Source: Squalus acanthias (Eukaryota). Taken from it: a stretch of DNA of 64,000 bases. Where the stretch lies: positions 114,330,001 to 114,394,000 of the forward strand of contig CM059432.1 in assembly GCA_030390025.1 (NCBI GenBank), given 5' to 3'. This document shows positions 37,433 through 49,878 of the stretch, piece after piece. Made by a program: the position numbers and the translations under genes. How positions within the stretch are numbered: position 1 is the first letter of the stretch; every line of letters starts with the position of its first letter. Below the pieces are notes generated by a model. It was given only the letters and a program-made list of their open reading frames with translations, was not told the DNA's origin and did not search any database.

Positions 37433-38086
37433 TCTTCCCTCAACTATAACCAAAAACAGATTAACCAGTCATTCATTTTACTTGTTGTTTGTGTGACCTT
37501 GCTGTGCTCAAATTGGCTGACATTCATGCCTAATAAAACAAAGTGACTGCACTTCAGATAATTAATCAGTTATGAAGCATTTTGTAACAACCTGAGGATA
37601 TGATAAGCACAAGTTCTTCCTTTCTTACTTTTGCTAATGTCTCTGATTTTCACAGGGAACTCATTTTGTAGATTTAAGAGATAGATAAAGCTTCCTCAAT
37701 GTGAAGTATTTTTAATCTTCAGTTACATAGCTTTTTACAGGGAACATTTCATATTTGTTGCAGCTAAACATATAGACACTTGTGTTGTTCTCATAGCAAT
37801 AATACAGGACTGACAGTGTGTGTGTAAGCCATTTGCAGTGCATACATTGGAGATATTTTTCAGGTATTTTTAACTTTTCAATAAATCACAATACATAAGC
37901 ACTGGCATGAGATATTACAGCTAAAAATTGTTTGGTGAAATCAGTATTTTTCACAGTTAGCTACAAGCATGTTAAGGCGCAGACTGGAATCCAGTAATTC
38001 ACCAAAGGCAAAATTACGACTGTTTCAAAACAGCAGCACGTTGTTGCTTACATTACATTAGTGAGGAAAACTACCAGGTTGTTCAC

Positions 38087-38727
38087 GGGGTAGAAGTTGG
38101 TAACATGGTGGCAAGTATCCGGAGGACAAGATAAAAGGTCCCAAAAATGGTGGGCAATGACTTACCGTACCACTCCCGCCATCATTGTGGCTGCCACAAT
38201 CCTCAACCAGGCCTACCTCTGGGCGGCCGGAGCACCCGCCTGCGTCAGGTGGTAGGCCCTTCTAATATGCAAGTAGGTATTGTATTACGTACATAGGACC
38301 CCGTCTGACATTTTAGGACAGTACTATGCAGATTGAGCACCGTGCACAGTAACCGCTCAGTAACAGCTGGCGATCCAGATGAAGAAAAGCTGAAAGAGAA
38401 GTTTCACGGTATTTTTGTGGTGCCGAGAAGAGCTGGATTGCTCTTCTGGACTCCACAAAACCAGACTGGGCTGCTGCTGCTTGGGGTCCTCCATCCCCCA
38501 AGATGGGGCCCTTCGAAGGATCTGCCTTCTTCCGGCCCGGAAGCTGGCTGGGCCACCCGATTACGCAGTGGCCTGGAGCTAGCGGGCTGCCCTGAGGCGC
38601 TCATTTTCCACCTGCAGCCCATTGGCCTTCAAAATGGACCGTGCCTCAAGCTGGGACTATCAAGTGGCCAGCAGGCGCGCTCTGCTAGTTGCCTCCCCGA
38701 GGTCCCCACCAGGGGAAAATCTACCCC
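38087..38727. mobile_element. Harbinger-like MITE (older)
   Basis: Ends GGGGTAGAAGTT / AAAATCTACCCC with a GC-rich interior. TSD not recognisable. Confidence 0.5.
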
Positions 38728-39714
38728 ATTGAATGCAAACTCTCCTTTAATATTCAAAAACACTCAGATTTCATAATCAATAGAGGGGTTAGAGGTGTAG
38801 GTTTGATCACAAAGCAGGAAGGAGATAAAAATGGCTTGTGTGGGTGTGAACATGAACCTAAACAAGGATCAAGCTAGTAATGTTTGTCTACTCATTTTCT
38901 GATATTGATTTGTCAGAGATCAGTAAGTATTATTTAGTACCTTGCTATCTCTTTTAACTTAGCAAATGAGAGTTGGATTCTCTCTCTCCTCCTGTTGTGT
39001 TCTTCTCCGAGAGAACCATAGTGCTGTGCAGAGATTTTACAGAAATACCAGCATAATTACTGTATTTTAGCCTCAAACCTTTCCACAGTTGAACAGAGCA
39101 ATTGGCTGAAATACTAAAAATTTGATTTTGATATCTTTCGGAGGCCAGAGAGAAGAAAATGTTTATCCCTCATGATTGAAAATCTTAAGAAGGTGTTTGT
39201 AATAAATATTTTGTTTGCTACTCTTATTGCCATAAAATATTCATACAGATGAATATGTTTGTAAAATTGAGGAACTATTGGTTGTAATGTGACAAATTTA
39301 AGCCTCAATATATTTTGCATCTGTTATATTGGGATGTATGTATACAAAAAGATAAAAAAAGTCTTCCATTATTTAAAATGTTAAACAAGAACACTAAGAG
39401 GCTTATGATTTTAAAGCTATTAACACAAAATTAAACACCTGCGAAAATATAAATTGTGATTCCACGGTCTGGTGATCTCAATGGGGAATAATGCTCACAG
39501 GGATCCCAAGTTAAGGATTCACAAGTCCAAACCCTGTGACTTTCTGTCCATTTGTTTTAATGATGAAAAATCATAGTCTGCGAACCCACAGTTTACTGAC
39601 CTGCATTCCCTGTGAGCACCACTGCTCACTGCAGTGTTAGTCACCAATATAGTTCTCCAAGTCCAAAATGATCAACTATTGCCAACCCAGCCTACCCTGC
39701 CTAGTATGACTATT

Positions 39715-40100
39715 AACACATAATCTAGGCTGTCACTCCAGTGAAGCACTGGGGCAGTACTGCATTGTGAGAAATGTTGGCATTCAGATGAGACATTGAA
39801 ACAAGGCCCAGTTTGCTTATTCATGTGAACATTAATGATCCTGTGTTACTAGCTGAAAAACAACAGGGAATTCTTCCTTGTTGTGGACTAAAATTCTTCT
39901 CTCAACTAGCACCACCAAAAGCAGATTAACTGGTCATTTATCTCATGTACATTTGTGGGATCTTGCTGTGTAGCATGGTTGCCAGCTTTGCCTACATGAC
40001 GACAGTCACTTCAGCGTCATTCATTATATGTGAAGGTTTTGGAATGTTTCTCAGAAACATGAGAAGACATTCTATAAATTCAAATCTTTCTTTCTTCTAG
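39715..40100 (+). mobile_element. Deu-domain SINE, 5'-truncated
   Basis: AATCTAGGCTGTCACTCCAGTG..CAGATGAGACATTGAA..CACCAAAAGCAGATTAACTGGTCATT, colinear with 4525-4978. Confidence 0.65.
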
Positions 40101-40549
40101 CTATGTCTAAAAGCATCACACTGCACTCATCATCTGCCAGTTTGCATATATACTTGTAACAGAGCCAACTCTTAACTCAAGTCACTCTGCATTATTCATA
40201 TTTGGGTGTTATAACACTTCCTCTTATGATGCATCAGCACTGGTCAACATGCTTGGTTTTACTTCATTTCAAACAAAACACAAATGGATCTAATTGACAC
40301 ATTAGATGTAGTCTCATCCCACTCAAGTAGTGGGAATTTTCAATGCGTTATCTTTGAGTTTTCAGTCATGGTTAGTAGAAACCATGTATGTTCAACACAC
40401 TGTTCAACTTAGCAACATCAGACATTCTGATAGAAAGCAACAAAAAAAACATCAATGCTGATAGAGTGCAGGCATCAGTCTCCCACTGATTTTTTAAATT
40501 ACTAGCTGATATTCCTGTGGAATTGCACATGATAACTGAGAATATGGTC

Positions 40550-41400
40550 ATTTTCTTACCTTTCTCTGCTGTTTTCGTATAGCTGTTTTATCTCTCCGTT
40601 TCTCCTCTTCTGTTTCTGTCTATCTCTTCGCTTCTGTTTCTCTCCCCTTAACTCTTTTTGCTTTTCTCTCTGTCATCTTCTGCTTTTCTCGGTGTCTTTT
40701 CTTTGCTTTCAAGTGGGTGGTGTGGCATGGCGGGGAAATAAGTCACCAATGGCTGCACACTAAAGTTAAGGTAGGGGTTGTGGGGAAAATGTTGCCCTCA
40801 GCTGCTCCCTTACTATCCCTGTGCCCAATCACTCGTGTTTCCCTCGCCTCCTCACTCCTATCATTAGCCCTGCCTCCTACTCTTTGAACTACTCAACCCC
40901 TTTAACCGTGAGCCAGCTAATTACCACACCTGTTAGCATTTAGAAAAGGCCAATGCTAATCACATACACATGTAAAGCAGATATTCTAATTTCAAGGAAC
41001 TTTGAGAGAGAGAGAGATAGAAAAACAGAATAGAGATAGATGTGCAGTTTCTTTCCTCATTCTAATTTGAATTCTCTTTCTAACAAAAGTGTTGAATTTT
41101 AAAAACAAGCACAGCCTACTTGAAGGAAAGAGAGGAACGGAGGGTGGGGGGAGGGAGGTGTGGTAATTAGCTGGCTTCAAAATGTAACTTTTTTTTTGAA
41201 AGCTGAAATAATATTGCACGAAGAAAGACACACTCTTTCTCCTCCTTACCTCTCTCCCTCTCACTCATCTACCCACTCTCTGACCCAGTCTCTCTCTCAC
41301 TTTCTAAAGTTACATACACTGCATGAGCTCAGACTGCACAATACAAATTCATCTCAGCTCTGAGCAACAATATCAAGTCCAAGGCCAGGCCTCTGGGAGA
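40550..41400 (-). promoter_or_regulatory. Repeat-free block; candidate internal promoter or alternative 5' exons of the RIM gene
   Basis: No TE similarity recognised. Two G|GTAAG donors on the gene strand (near 40560 and 41250), a perfect 21-bp inverted repeat and GA-rich tracts. Function is inferred only. Confidence 0.35.
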
Positions 41401-41569
41401 GGCTGAGACCTTCAAGCAAAAACACTAATGAAGGCATTAAAAGGCACAAAACACAACTCAGTGGATACATTTAATCATGCTATTATGAAATAGGTAATTT
41501 TTGGATTTTAAAATTTTGTTTAAACTCTTATTTTGGACATTAGAAATTTCAGCTACGAGAAACAATGGC

Positions 41570-42710
41570 AGAAAAATTGTTTTTTTTGTTAGAACAGAGG
41601 AGATTAAGGGGTGACTTGATAAAAGTTTTTTAAATAATGAAGGGATGGGACAGAACAGATAGAAACAGACTGTTTCCAGTGACTGAGGGTTCTAGATATA
41701 AAATCAAATGTAACAGATTTAGGATAGAGAGCAGGAGACATTGGCCCAGAAATTGATCTCGCTCTGTTCCCGCGGGGGTAAGGAGCAGGCGCGATCTCTC
41801 ACTCCGCGTTGGCTTTTTCAGATCCAGCTCGCACGAACTTGATGTTCCAGACATCAGCTGGGCAGTGCTTGCGTATCCCACCGGCGTAGTGAATTCGTGC
41901 GAGCTGTGGGATCACGTGACTCAGTTAGAGCCAATGGCAGCACACCATCTTCCATTCATAAGTTTCACATACGTGCTGTGAAAGCTATGAATCTTACACC
42001 CCCCCAAAATAACAGCTAAACCTCAATTAATTTTTTTTTAAAAACCATCACATTAATAAAATAAGTATAGTTAAATAAATTAACCATTTTAAATAAAAAA
42101 TTAAATTTTTGAAAAAATTTAAAATCTTTTAAAAAGTTATAAAAATAAACTTACCTGTCTTTAAAGTCTCTAAAAAAAGATATACCTGTTAAAAAAAATT
42201 CAAAAAAATACTTAATTCACTACTTACCTTGTTAAAAGTGGGTCTTACTCCTCCTTTTTCCATTTCTAAAATCTTCCGTCCTTACCTGCGCGTCCAAAGC
42301 ACTAAGTGCACAGCGTGCGCGCAGCCTGTAGCGCGCACGCGATGCACCGAGGAACCGCCCCCTTTTCCAAAGACCAAGTGCCGGTTTTCAGCGCATGCGC
42401 AGGGCATGCAGAAAACCGGCAATTGGAGAGAGAATACGCGAGAGTACGCAGTGCGTACTCTCGCGCAGCGGGATCAATTTTTGGCCCATAGTTTTTACAG
42501 GGAGGGTTGTGAGGCTGTAAAATTCACCACCAGAGTTGTGATTAAATAGAAACTATGTCAAGTTTTAGGAAAAGGTGGTTGAAGAAAATGATATGGGAAC
42601 AGGACAAGGATTAGAACTACTGCTCGTGCGGAACAGAAACACCAACATGGACTAGTTGGATCCGAATGGCCTGTTTCCATATTGTAATTTATGTGTAATT
42701 TTATGTAGAT
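41570..42710 (+). mobile_element. Old CR1 3' fragment interrupted by a MITE
   Basis: AGAACAGAGGAGATTAAGGGGTGACTTGAT ([10 protein letters not shown]) upstream of the MITE. GTTTTTACAGGGAGGGTTGTGAGG and CCGAATGGCCTGTTTCC downstream. Confidence 0.7.
41743..42487. mobile_element. Harbinger-like non-autonomous element, GGCCCAGAAATT family
   Basis: TIR GGCCCAGAAATTGATC / GATCAATTTTTGGCCC, TSD ATT/ATA. CpG-rich ends with an AT-rich core. Confidence 0.75.
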
Positions 42711-43635
42711 GAAAAAAAAATTCAAAAGGAATCTAAGCGATTTTTGTTAACTTGGTGGGCAGATTGCATATTCTCAGGGTAATATACATTAACAATAAAA
42801 TAGCTATTGTGTCAGAGAGTGTGACACCTTTATCTTTGAAAATACCTATCACCGCACCGGCATGTACTGCGGGTACTTATAATGAATTTTCCATGAAATG
42901 AGTGCCCCTCATACCGAATTTAGTATATAGTAGAGGGATAGATGTAATTGAAAGAAAAAAACTCATTGTAGACATCAATCTTCCTACTTTGAAAATGGGG
43001 ACAGAGATTATGGCTATGGTGGGGAGTGGCAAGTTTGTGGGTAACTGAGAAATGCTGCATATTTTGTAGCCAGTGTCACCTGCAAACACCATCTGAAAAC
43101 CTTCAGATAGAGATGCGTCTTTGGTCTGTGGACACAATTTTCAAACTCTTTCAGAACTAATAATGTGTAATTAATCATGTGTTTGTGTGTGGGTGTCTGT
43201 GTGGGTTGAAGGGAGGATAAGATGTATCCTTACTCTCCCAAAGGTTATCTTTGCCTTTGAAAATAGTCGTTGTCTGGTATGGTTCAGCACATACTCAATG
43301 TTCTGGTTGTCAAGGCACTTTGAAGCAATAAAATGTTCCTTTCACTTTTTCCTTACATACTGTGAATCGGAAATATTACTATGATTAGATCATGTTTTTT
43401 AATCCAGTGAATCTGCAGCTGCTGGCCAGAGTCTCAAAATATCATTCTTATTAAATGCATTGTTACTTAGAAAACTTTAAGGGTAGTACAAACAGTACAA
43501 ACATAATCAAATCATTACTCTAGCCAGCGCTCAGCTGATCCAGAAATTAGTCATTAGTGTTTGGAATGGTGGACGTGCAACTTATAAAATACACATCCAA
43601 TGGTGATATGAGTCTTTAAAAAGAGTGACACCTAC

Positions 43636-43877
43636 CTGTTTGGCTTAGCTGTGAAGTGCTGCGGCTGCGTCTTGATAGACCTACGATAGCCACCATTTTG
43701 GCACCAATGCTGGATCGTCGCTTCTTGCCACCGGTGACAACGGTGCCCACAGCAGTGTCCGATTGGCTGCCGTCGTTTTTCTCTATGCTGTACATATCTC
43801 CGATCACACTGGTGCTTTTCGTCATATTCTTTCCTGAGGTCCCCATCTGTTTGCTTTGCAGTTTGGATGTAAAGACA
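43636..43877 (-). CDS. RIMS2: Internal coding exon of a RIM-family (regulating synaptic membrane exocytosis) gene, most similar to RIMS2
   Basis: 242-nt exon bounded by TTACAG| and |GTAGGT (phase 2 in, phase 1 out). Encodes VFTSKLQSKQMGTSGKNMTKSTSVIGDMYSIEKNDGSQSDTAVG..GGKKRRSSIGAKMVAIVGLSRRSRSTSQLSQT, the conserved RIM1/2 segment upstream of C2B. As I recall, SGKNMTKSTS and GAKMVAIVGLSR are RIMS2-type. Family assignment is strong, paralog assignment less so. Confidence 0.88.
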
Positions 43878-44544
43878 CTGTAAGCCGTTGGTACAGATAA
43901 ATAACATGGACAGAAAGACAGGGGAAAGGAAAGAGGAAGATACAAGAGGACAGGTTTCAGCCAGAGGGTCTGGGAAATGCAAGAACAAAGCAATTCAGCT
44001 ACAAGGCACTGCAGAGCAAGGATAAAGCATTTCTCTTACACCTCTGTATAGACTAGTCTGATCTACAGGAATTCTAGTCTTAATTGAAGTGACTAATAAA
44101 TTTAAGTGAAAACTTTGCAGACACATGCAGCAGTTGATTTAATATGAAGCTTTTCTAGCTTTACCATAATTAAGAAGATGCAGAAAATAATCACAGAGGC
44201 ATTGATTTTTGTTGTAATACTGCCTAAATCAATCCTGAAATGGCAGCAGATAGATAACTAAATTAGAAGCTCTGAACTATTCTAATTTGCTATTCTTTGT
44301 ACCCCTAAAATATCTGGACCCAGATCTGGTGTTAAAGTTTGTTGGGGCTGCAAAAGACTTGCCAATCAGCGAGACTTATATTAATGTATATTCTATCATG
44401 ACGCAAGACTGGGGGCGCAGCTCTTTTTTGGAAAACACAACTTAATGGGAAAACATGCTCATCATTGCTTAAAGGGAATGTCTACGAACAAAACACTCAA
44501 ATTTCACTTTAGTAGCATTAATAATTTGTTTAAAAGCTTACATA

Positions 44545-44880
44545 AGGCTCCCCTGATAGCTCAGTGAGTTTTTCCACTGACAAGTTGAGACATGTAGACC
44601 AGGAAGGTTACAGGTTCTGTTACCGACCTCACCTGGATTACTTGATCTCAGATAGGGTAACATTCGAGTTGTTACATCTGGCCCCTGTGCCCTTTGCTAC
44701 AGACGGAAAAAAAATAAAGCAGCCAGGGTTCCTGCTCTTCGTCACTATCCAGTAACCCCTGCTGGAAGAATGTGTTTAAGAATATTGGGTGAGGGCGGCT
44801 TGTGTTTGGCCGTGATGCTCTCAAGGATCAAATAACTCACTACCAACACCAACATACGGATAATGGCATTGTAGTTGAGG
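44545..44880 (+). mobile_element. Probable old tRNA-derived SINE
   Basis: Head TAGCTCAGTGAG..CCAGGAAGGTTACAGGTTC (A/B-box-like), then CAGCCAGGGTTCCTGCTC..CTATCCAGTAACCCCTGCTGGAA. Family not identified with certainty. Confidence 0.45.
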
Positions 44881-45804
44881 AAATTCAGTAACTGCGGAAC
44901 TGTATCCTAATAATGAGTCCAAATCTTCAGAAAGAGAGGAGAAAGGATTGGTGAGAAAAATATAAATAAATGTGAAATCATTTTGCTCAAAATTAATTAT
45001 AAAGACGTTAAAATGTCGTAAGTATAGCTGAAATAAGATCACAAACATTTATAATTTTGCTAAGAACCATTAGTAACAGAACATGTCTGGTGCTTTGTGA
45101 TGGAACCAATGAAAAATATCAAAGTGAAACACTGCCTACATCTATACCTCTCACTGAAAGAAGAAACTGCGATGACCAAAGTAAGGCCTGCACTTAACAG
45201 TACATGTACGCACATGCTTGCAAAGAGCTGGACCATCTTCAGTTAATACGTACACAATTCAGAAATCACTCAGGCAATAATTGTGAACTATTTCTCATGA
45301 CAAAGTCAATTCCAGTGTACTGTACAACTGAATTATGTATGCATTCATTTATAAAAAAGATTGTTCGACTGCAAATAATATATATGATTTCACTGATGTT
45401 ATTTCATCTTCATCCACTTTGGTTTCAGTGAAGTAACCAGAAATCTATGCCTAGTACCATACAGCCATGACTTCATCAAACTTATCTGCATCTCTTTAGA
45501 AGTGTTACAGGCAAGTCCTAAAGTTAAGACTGAATTTATGAATTGATTGCTGAACTACAAAGATTGGTTGTTGATTAATTAAGATAAAGTCCTCCACTAT
45601 GTTGATCAATGAATGAATCCAAATGTTTCCTGACCTACGTAGAATTAAATAGAAATTACAAGATAGAAACAGGCTGTTCAGCCTAACCAGTCTGTGCTTA
45701 TCCTTACCATGAGCAGTAGTCCTAATCCTAAGTGTCTTCCCTGTTCCCTTATCCCCCTTTCCTTCAAACACCTAGTGAACCTATTCCTAAATATTGACGT
45801 TGTC

Positions 45805-46547
45805 TGAAGCTGAACCAGACCATTCGCAACCTTGGTGTCCTATCTGACCCTGAGCCAAGCTTCCGACCCCATATCCACTCCATCACCAAGACCGCCTACC
45901 TCTACCTCCGTAACATCGCCCATCTCCACCTCTGCCTCAGCTCATCTGCTGCTGAAACCCTCATCCATGCCTTTGTTACCTCTAGACTCGACTATTCCAA
46001 TGCTCTCCTGGCCGGCCTCCCACCTAGCACCCTCCATAAACTTGAGCTCATTCAAAACTCTGCTGCCCGTATCCTAACTCACACCAAGTCCCGTTCACCC
46101 ATCACTCCTGTGTTCACTGATCTACATTGGCTCCCGGTCCAGGAATGCCTCGATTTAAAAATAATCATACTTGTTTTCAAATCCCTCCATGGCCTTGCCC
46201 CACCCTAGCTCTGTAACCTTTTCCAGCACCACAACCCTCCGAGATCTCTGCTTTCCTCCAATTCTGGCCTCTTGCGCATCCCTGATTTTCTTCGCTGCAC
46301 CATTGGCGGCCGTGCCTCCAGCAGCCTAGACCCTGAGCTCTGGAATTCCCTCCCTAAATGTCTGCACCTCTCTTTCCTCCTTTAAGACACTCTTGAAAAC
46401 CTACCTCTTTGACCAACCTTTTGGTCATCTGTCCTAATATCCTTTTATGTGGCTTGGTGTCAAATTTTCTTTAATAATGCTCCTGTGAAGCTCCTTGGGA
46501 TGTTTTACTACGCTAAAGGTGCTATATAAATACAAGTTATTGTTGTT
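45805..46547 (+). mobile_element. L2 LINE 3' fragment
   Basis: Colinear with 196-748 and with the reverse complement of 33112-33850. GCTATATAAATACAAGTTATTGTTG tail. Preceded by an old minus-strand CR1 tail (~45655-45800). Confidence 0.9.
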
Positions 46548-49500
46548 TCCTGCTATGTTCTCATAAATCACAGCTCCATGACACAGAGGTCTTAAATTAT
46601 ATTTAAAAGTTAATTATATTCTTATCCATCTTCCACCTTAGAACACAACTCACTGTACTATCACAACAAGCTATGACTAGAAGTAGTCTTAACTGTTAAT
46701 CTTCCTGTCAGTTTGCTTAATGCTTAATTGTCAGGTTAGATTTTTTTAAAGTTCAGTTATCAGTAAATAACGTAATGACCCACAATCAGCGCCGTATCAT
46801 AATTTTGTTCGTCTCTTATTGTTGTTGTTGTTTCAGCTCTATTCATAAATCTGCAGACTGACAGTGAGAGATCAACTCAAGATCTCAGCAGTGAAAAATA
46901 CAGCTGCTCATCAGCCTCAAGGAAACTGAACAACTCCAGTGTCTAGAAACAAACAAGATCCCTCTCCTCATCACCTTTGGGAAATAACACCTAAATACAC
47001 TACAAAATGCCATAATAATTTACGAACATTCAGCCAAATCAGTAAACACTCACCTGTTACAAAATAAATACATTTTTAGTTTTCTTAACATTTTTGTGTA
47101 ACTTTTAAACATAGAATATTAGAAGCACATTGGCTCCATTCTAATATTGTTCTGTACTTTCCTTTTCCCTTGATCTAGTGTAATAAATGGACAAAACTGA
47201 TAAAATCATTACTGATAATGCCTCGACTCAAATGTCAAATACCACCAACAACTATTGAGGAAAGGTCCCGACAAATCAGGGAAGTTAGAAAACTGACCTA
47301 AGAATGATCCATAAAGGAGTCACCAGCGTGAATCCAAACCTTGGTGGTATCACCAAATTGAGTTTTCACAGCAGTCATCTGCCAGAAGTACATATGGATA
47401 AGCATCGTGTTCAGCCCCTGACATGTGGTTCATTTGTGCAGTTGGCTCAAAGTGCACAAGTTGCTTTACAATTAGCATCCCCGTATCAAGTTTTTAAAAA
47501 GATGACATTTTCTAGCTATAGACAGGGGCCCTGGAGCATGCTTCCCCTCACACTGTTGTAAATCATGCCTCACACAATTTTCAGGTTCACCATCACACAG
47601 AGAACAAATAACACTTGATCCGCCTTAGCCTGACTTCCCTATAACCTCACACTTAACTGTTAAGATTTGTACACTATCAATAATGCACCTTTTTTTTAGA
47701 GAAATGTTTTGATAGGAATATCGAGGCAAAAGTTCTCCTCCTATACTCTCAGCACAGCACATATCATAAAATTCAATAGTCATAGTCTGCGATTATCCAC
47801 CCATTAATTTTAATGGATGGAAAACTGTGAGCTGGGGTTGTGAAATTTTGCTCTATGTGCTCTTGGCGCGCGCTGGCAGTGCTGAAGCAGAATTTTGACT
47901 CCATAATAACTTGCTCTAAATGTGCTGTTAGAAGTAAGTGTCAGGTACTATATACAGGAAACAATCAGACTTGTAATGAAATTTGAAAGATCTTAGTAGT
48001 ATCCTGAGGAGTATCAGTGCATCAGTGGGGTGTGCGGGTTTTATATGTCTATTGCCCCGTTCATACTGAAAAACAAGACAAAAGGCAGATGAAAATTTAA
48101 ATCAAAACCTACGACCCACTGGTCACCCAAGACCTGCCTGAATCAATTTTCAAGCAGGCCTTGAAACAGATTGGAGCCCGATGCAATCTCTAGTGTTCCA
48201 CTGAGTGGAACTGAGCATTGATGGGCCGAATGAGCAGTCCTTAAAGGCACCACTGCAGGCCAATCCAAAAACTAACGAAACAGCTGTGGCACTGATTTTT
48301 GTGACGCCAGGAGAAGCATGAATGCTCCTCCAGGCCCAAATAAATCTTCTGGTATGCTGCCGGTCCCCGGGGATTGCCCCTCCTTTAAGCACTGACTTAC
48401 GGCTAAGTTCCGTAGAGGAGCTACCGGATTTCCCACCCTCACCCCACCCCTCCAAATGGTGAGCTGTCTGTCAATGCTCATTGCCCACTGGCAGCTTTCT
48501 GAAATGATACAGATGAGGCCCGACCACAATAATGGTTCAGGCCTCTTGCTGGTGCCATTAGACAGGTGGTGCAATCACTCCGCCCACTGCCAGCCTGATG
48601 GGCACTAAGTATAAAATTGGCCCCAATGAGTTTATAATGTCAAATAACTTAAAACAGCTGACAATAGATGAAACGTCATATGATGTAATGCTAAATGTAA
48701 GGACGATAAGCACTGGAGTAGTGGAGAAGATGAGAATTCACATTAGTAAATGAGCGTGCTGTAGAAGAGTCATAGATTGTACACTTGTTGGAGGTAAGAG
48801 GGTACCATGGCTGATCAGTTTGCCCGCCGCAGTCCTTCTCCAACCTGGCTCTAGTCCAACTTCTATTCCCTGCTTTGCTATTATAAGTTATTAAATATTA
48901 TCAAGATTGGTAAAACTAGCAGGTAATTATTCCTGTTATTGATTTTGTTTTTGTGGTATTTATTGTTGCATTGGGAAGTATTGAGAATGATAATGGATTA
49001 TAATTATGGTGGCTTATTCATGCGACATATTTTAATGCTTTAAATGTTCTTCAATCTTAAGGTTACAATAAAAATAAACTTCAGTGATGAACTATGAGGA
49101 ATGCATGATTCAAAATGCTAATCTTCATTGTCTTGTTTAAAACAAAAGTATCTTTTGGCTCCCCAGTGATTCAGATGGAAAAACTTGGGGTGGAAATTGC
49201 TTTCGGCCCATTTTCAAGCCTGAAATGGGCAGGTGCATGGAGCACACGCTCCAACTAGGAGGCCCGAGAGCAGCCCAGAATTGGGCCTCGGCCTCATTAA
49301 CATTATTTGGGTAAGTTGCCGACACCTGAAAACTGGCAATATGGATGGACATCGCCTGAGGAAAGGATTAATCTTTTAACTAACGTTCTGACACTCACTG
49401 TCCAAGCTCAGACATGCAGAATGGCAATTTGGGTGAGGTACTAGAAGATGGCTGGCACCTGTGGAACTGTACTTCAGCAGGAGTCAATACCTTCAAGAAA

Positions 49501-49878
49501 GAAGAGGTGAAAATTTGAGGGACAGAAAACAAAATCCCTGTGGTTTCATTTCTTATTTTCAAGTTCTTAAATGCAATATGACTTTAATATATGTCACTAT
49601 GTATACAAATTGCATGGGGTCATGGGTAAACTTTTCAAATGAGATGTTGAAGTGATATTAAATTCAAAATTAATTTTTTATTCGATCACATTAATACCAG
49701 CCATTATAAGTGCTTAATGTGCTACCTATAAAAATTTAATTAAACTAAAATATGACTTAAGATTCACATCGTCTTGTTTAATGTACTCCATGATTGCAAT
49801 CTGTGCTGCTTGTACTTTCATTCTAGTTTTGAAGATAACAAAGCTGACGAGCTGTGGTTTTGATTTCAGAAGAGCTTG

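Noticed and set aside
43616..43993. Whole 125-aa ORF as coding
   Set aside because: Only 43636-43877 is bounded by AG/GT and matches RIM. The rest is polypyrimidine tract or intron read-through.
47720..49360. Additional old MITE-like segments (~47720-47900, ~48140-48625, ~49188-49360; also ~5448-5556 and ~35160-35520)
   Set aside because: They have single or degenerate TIR-like ends without clear partners or TSDs. They are probably old Harbinger-type relics but cannot be delimited with confidence.
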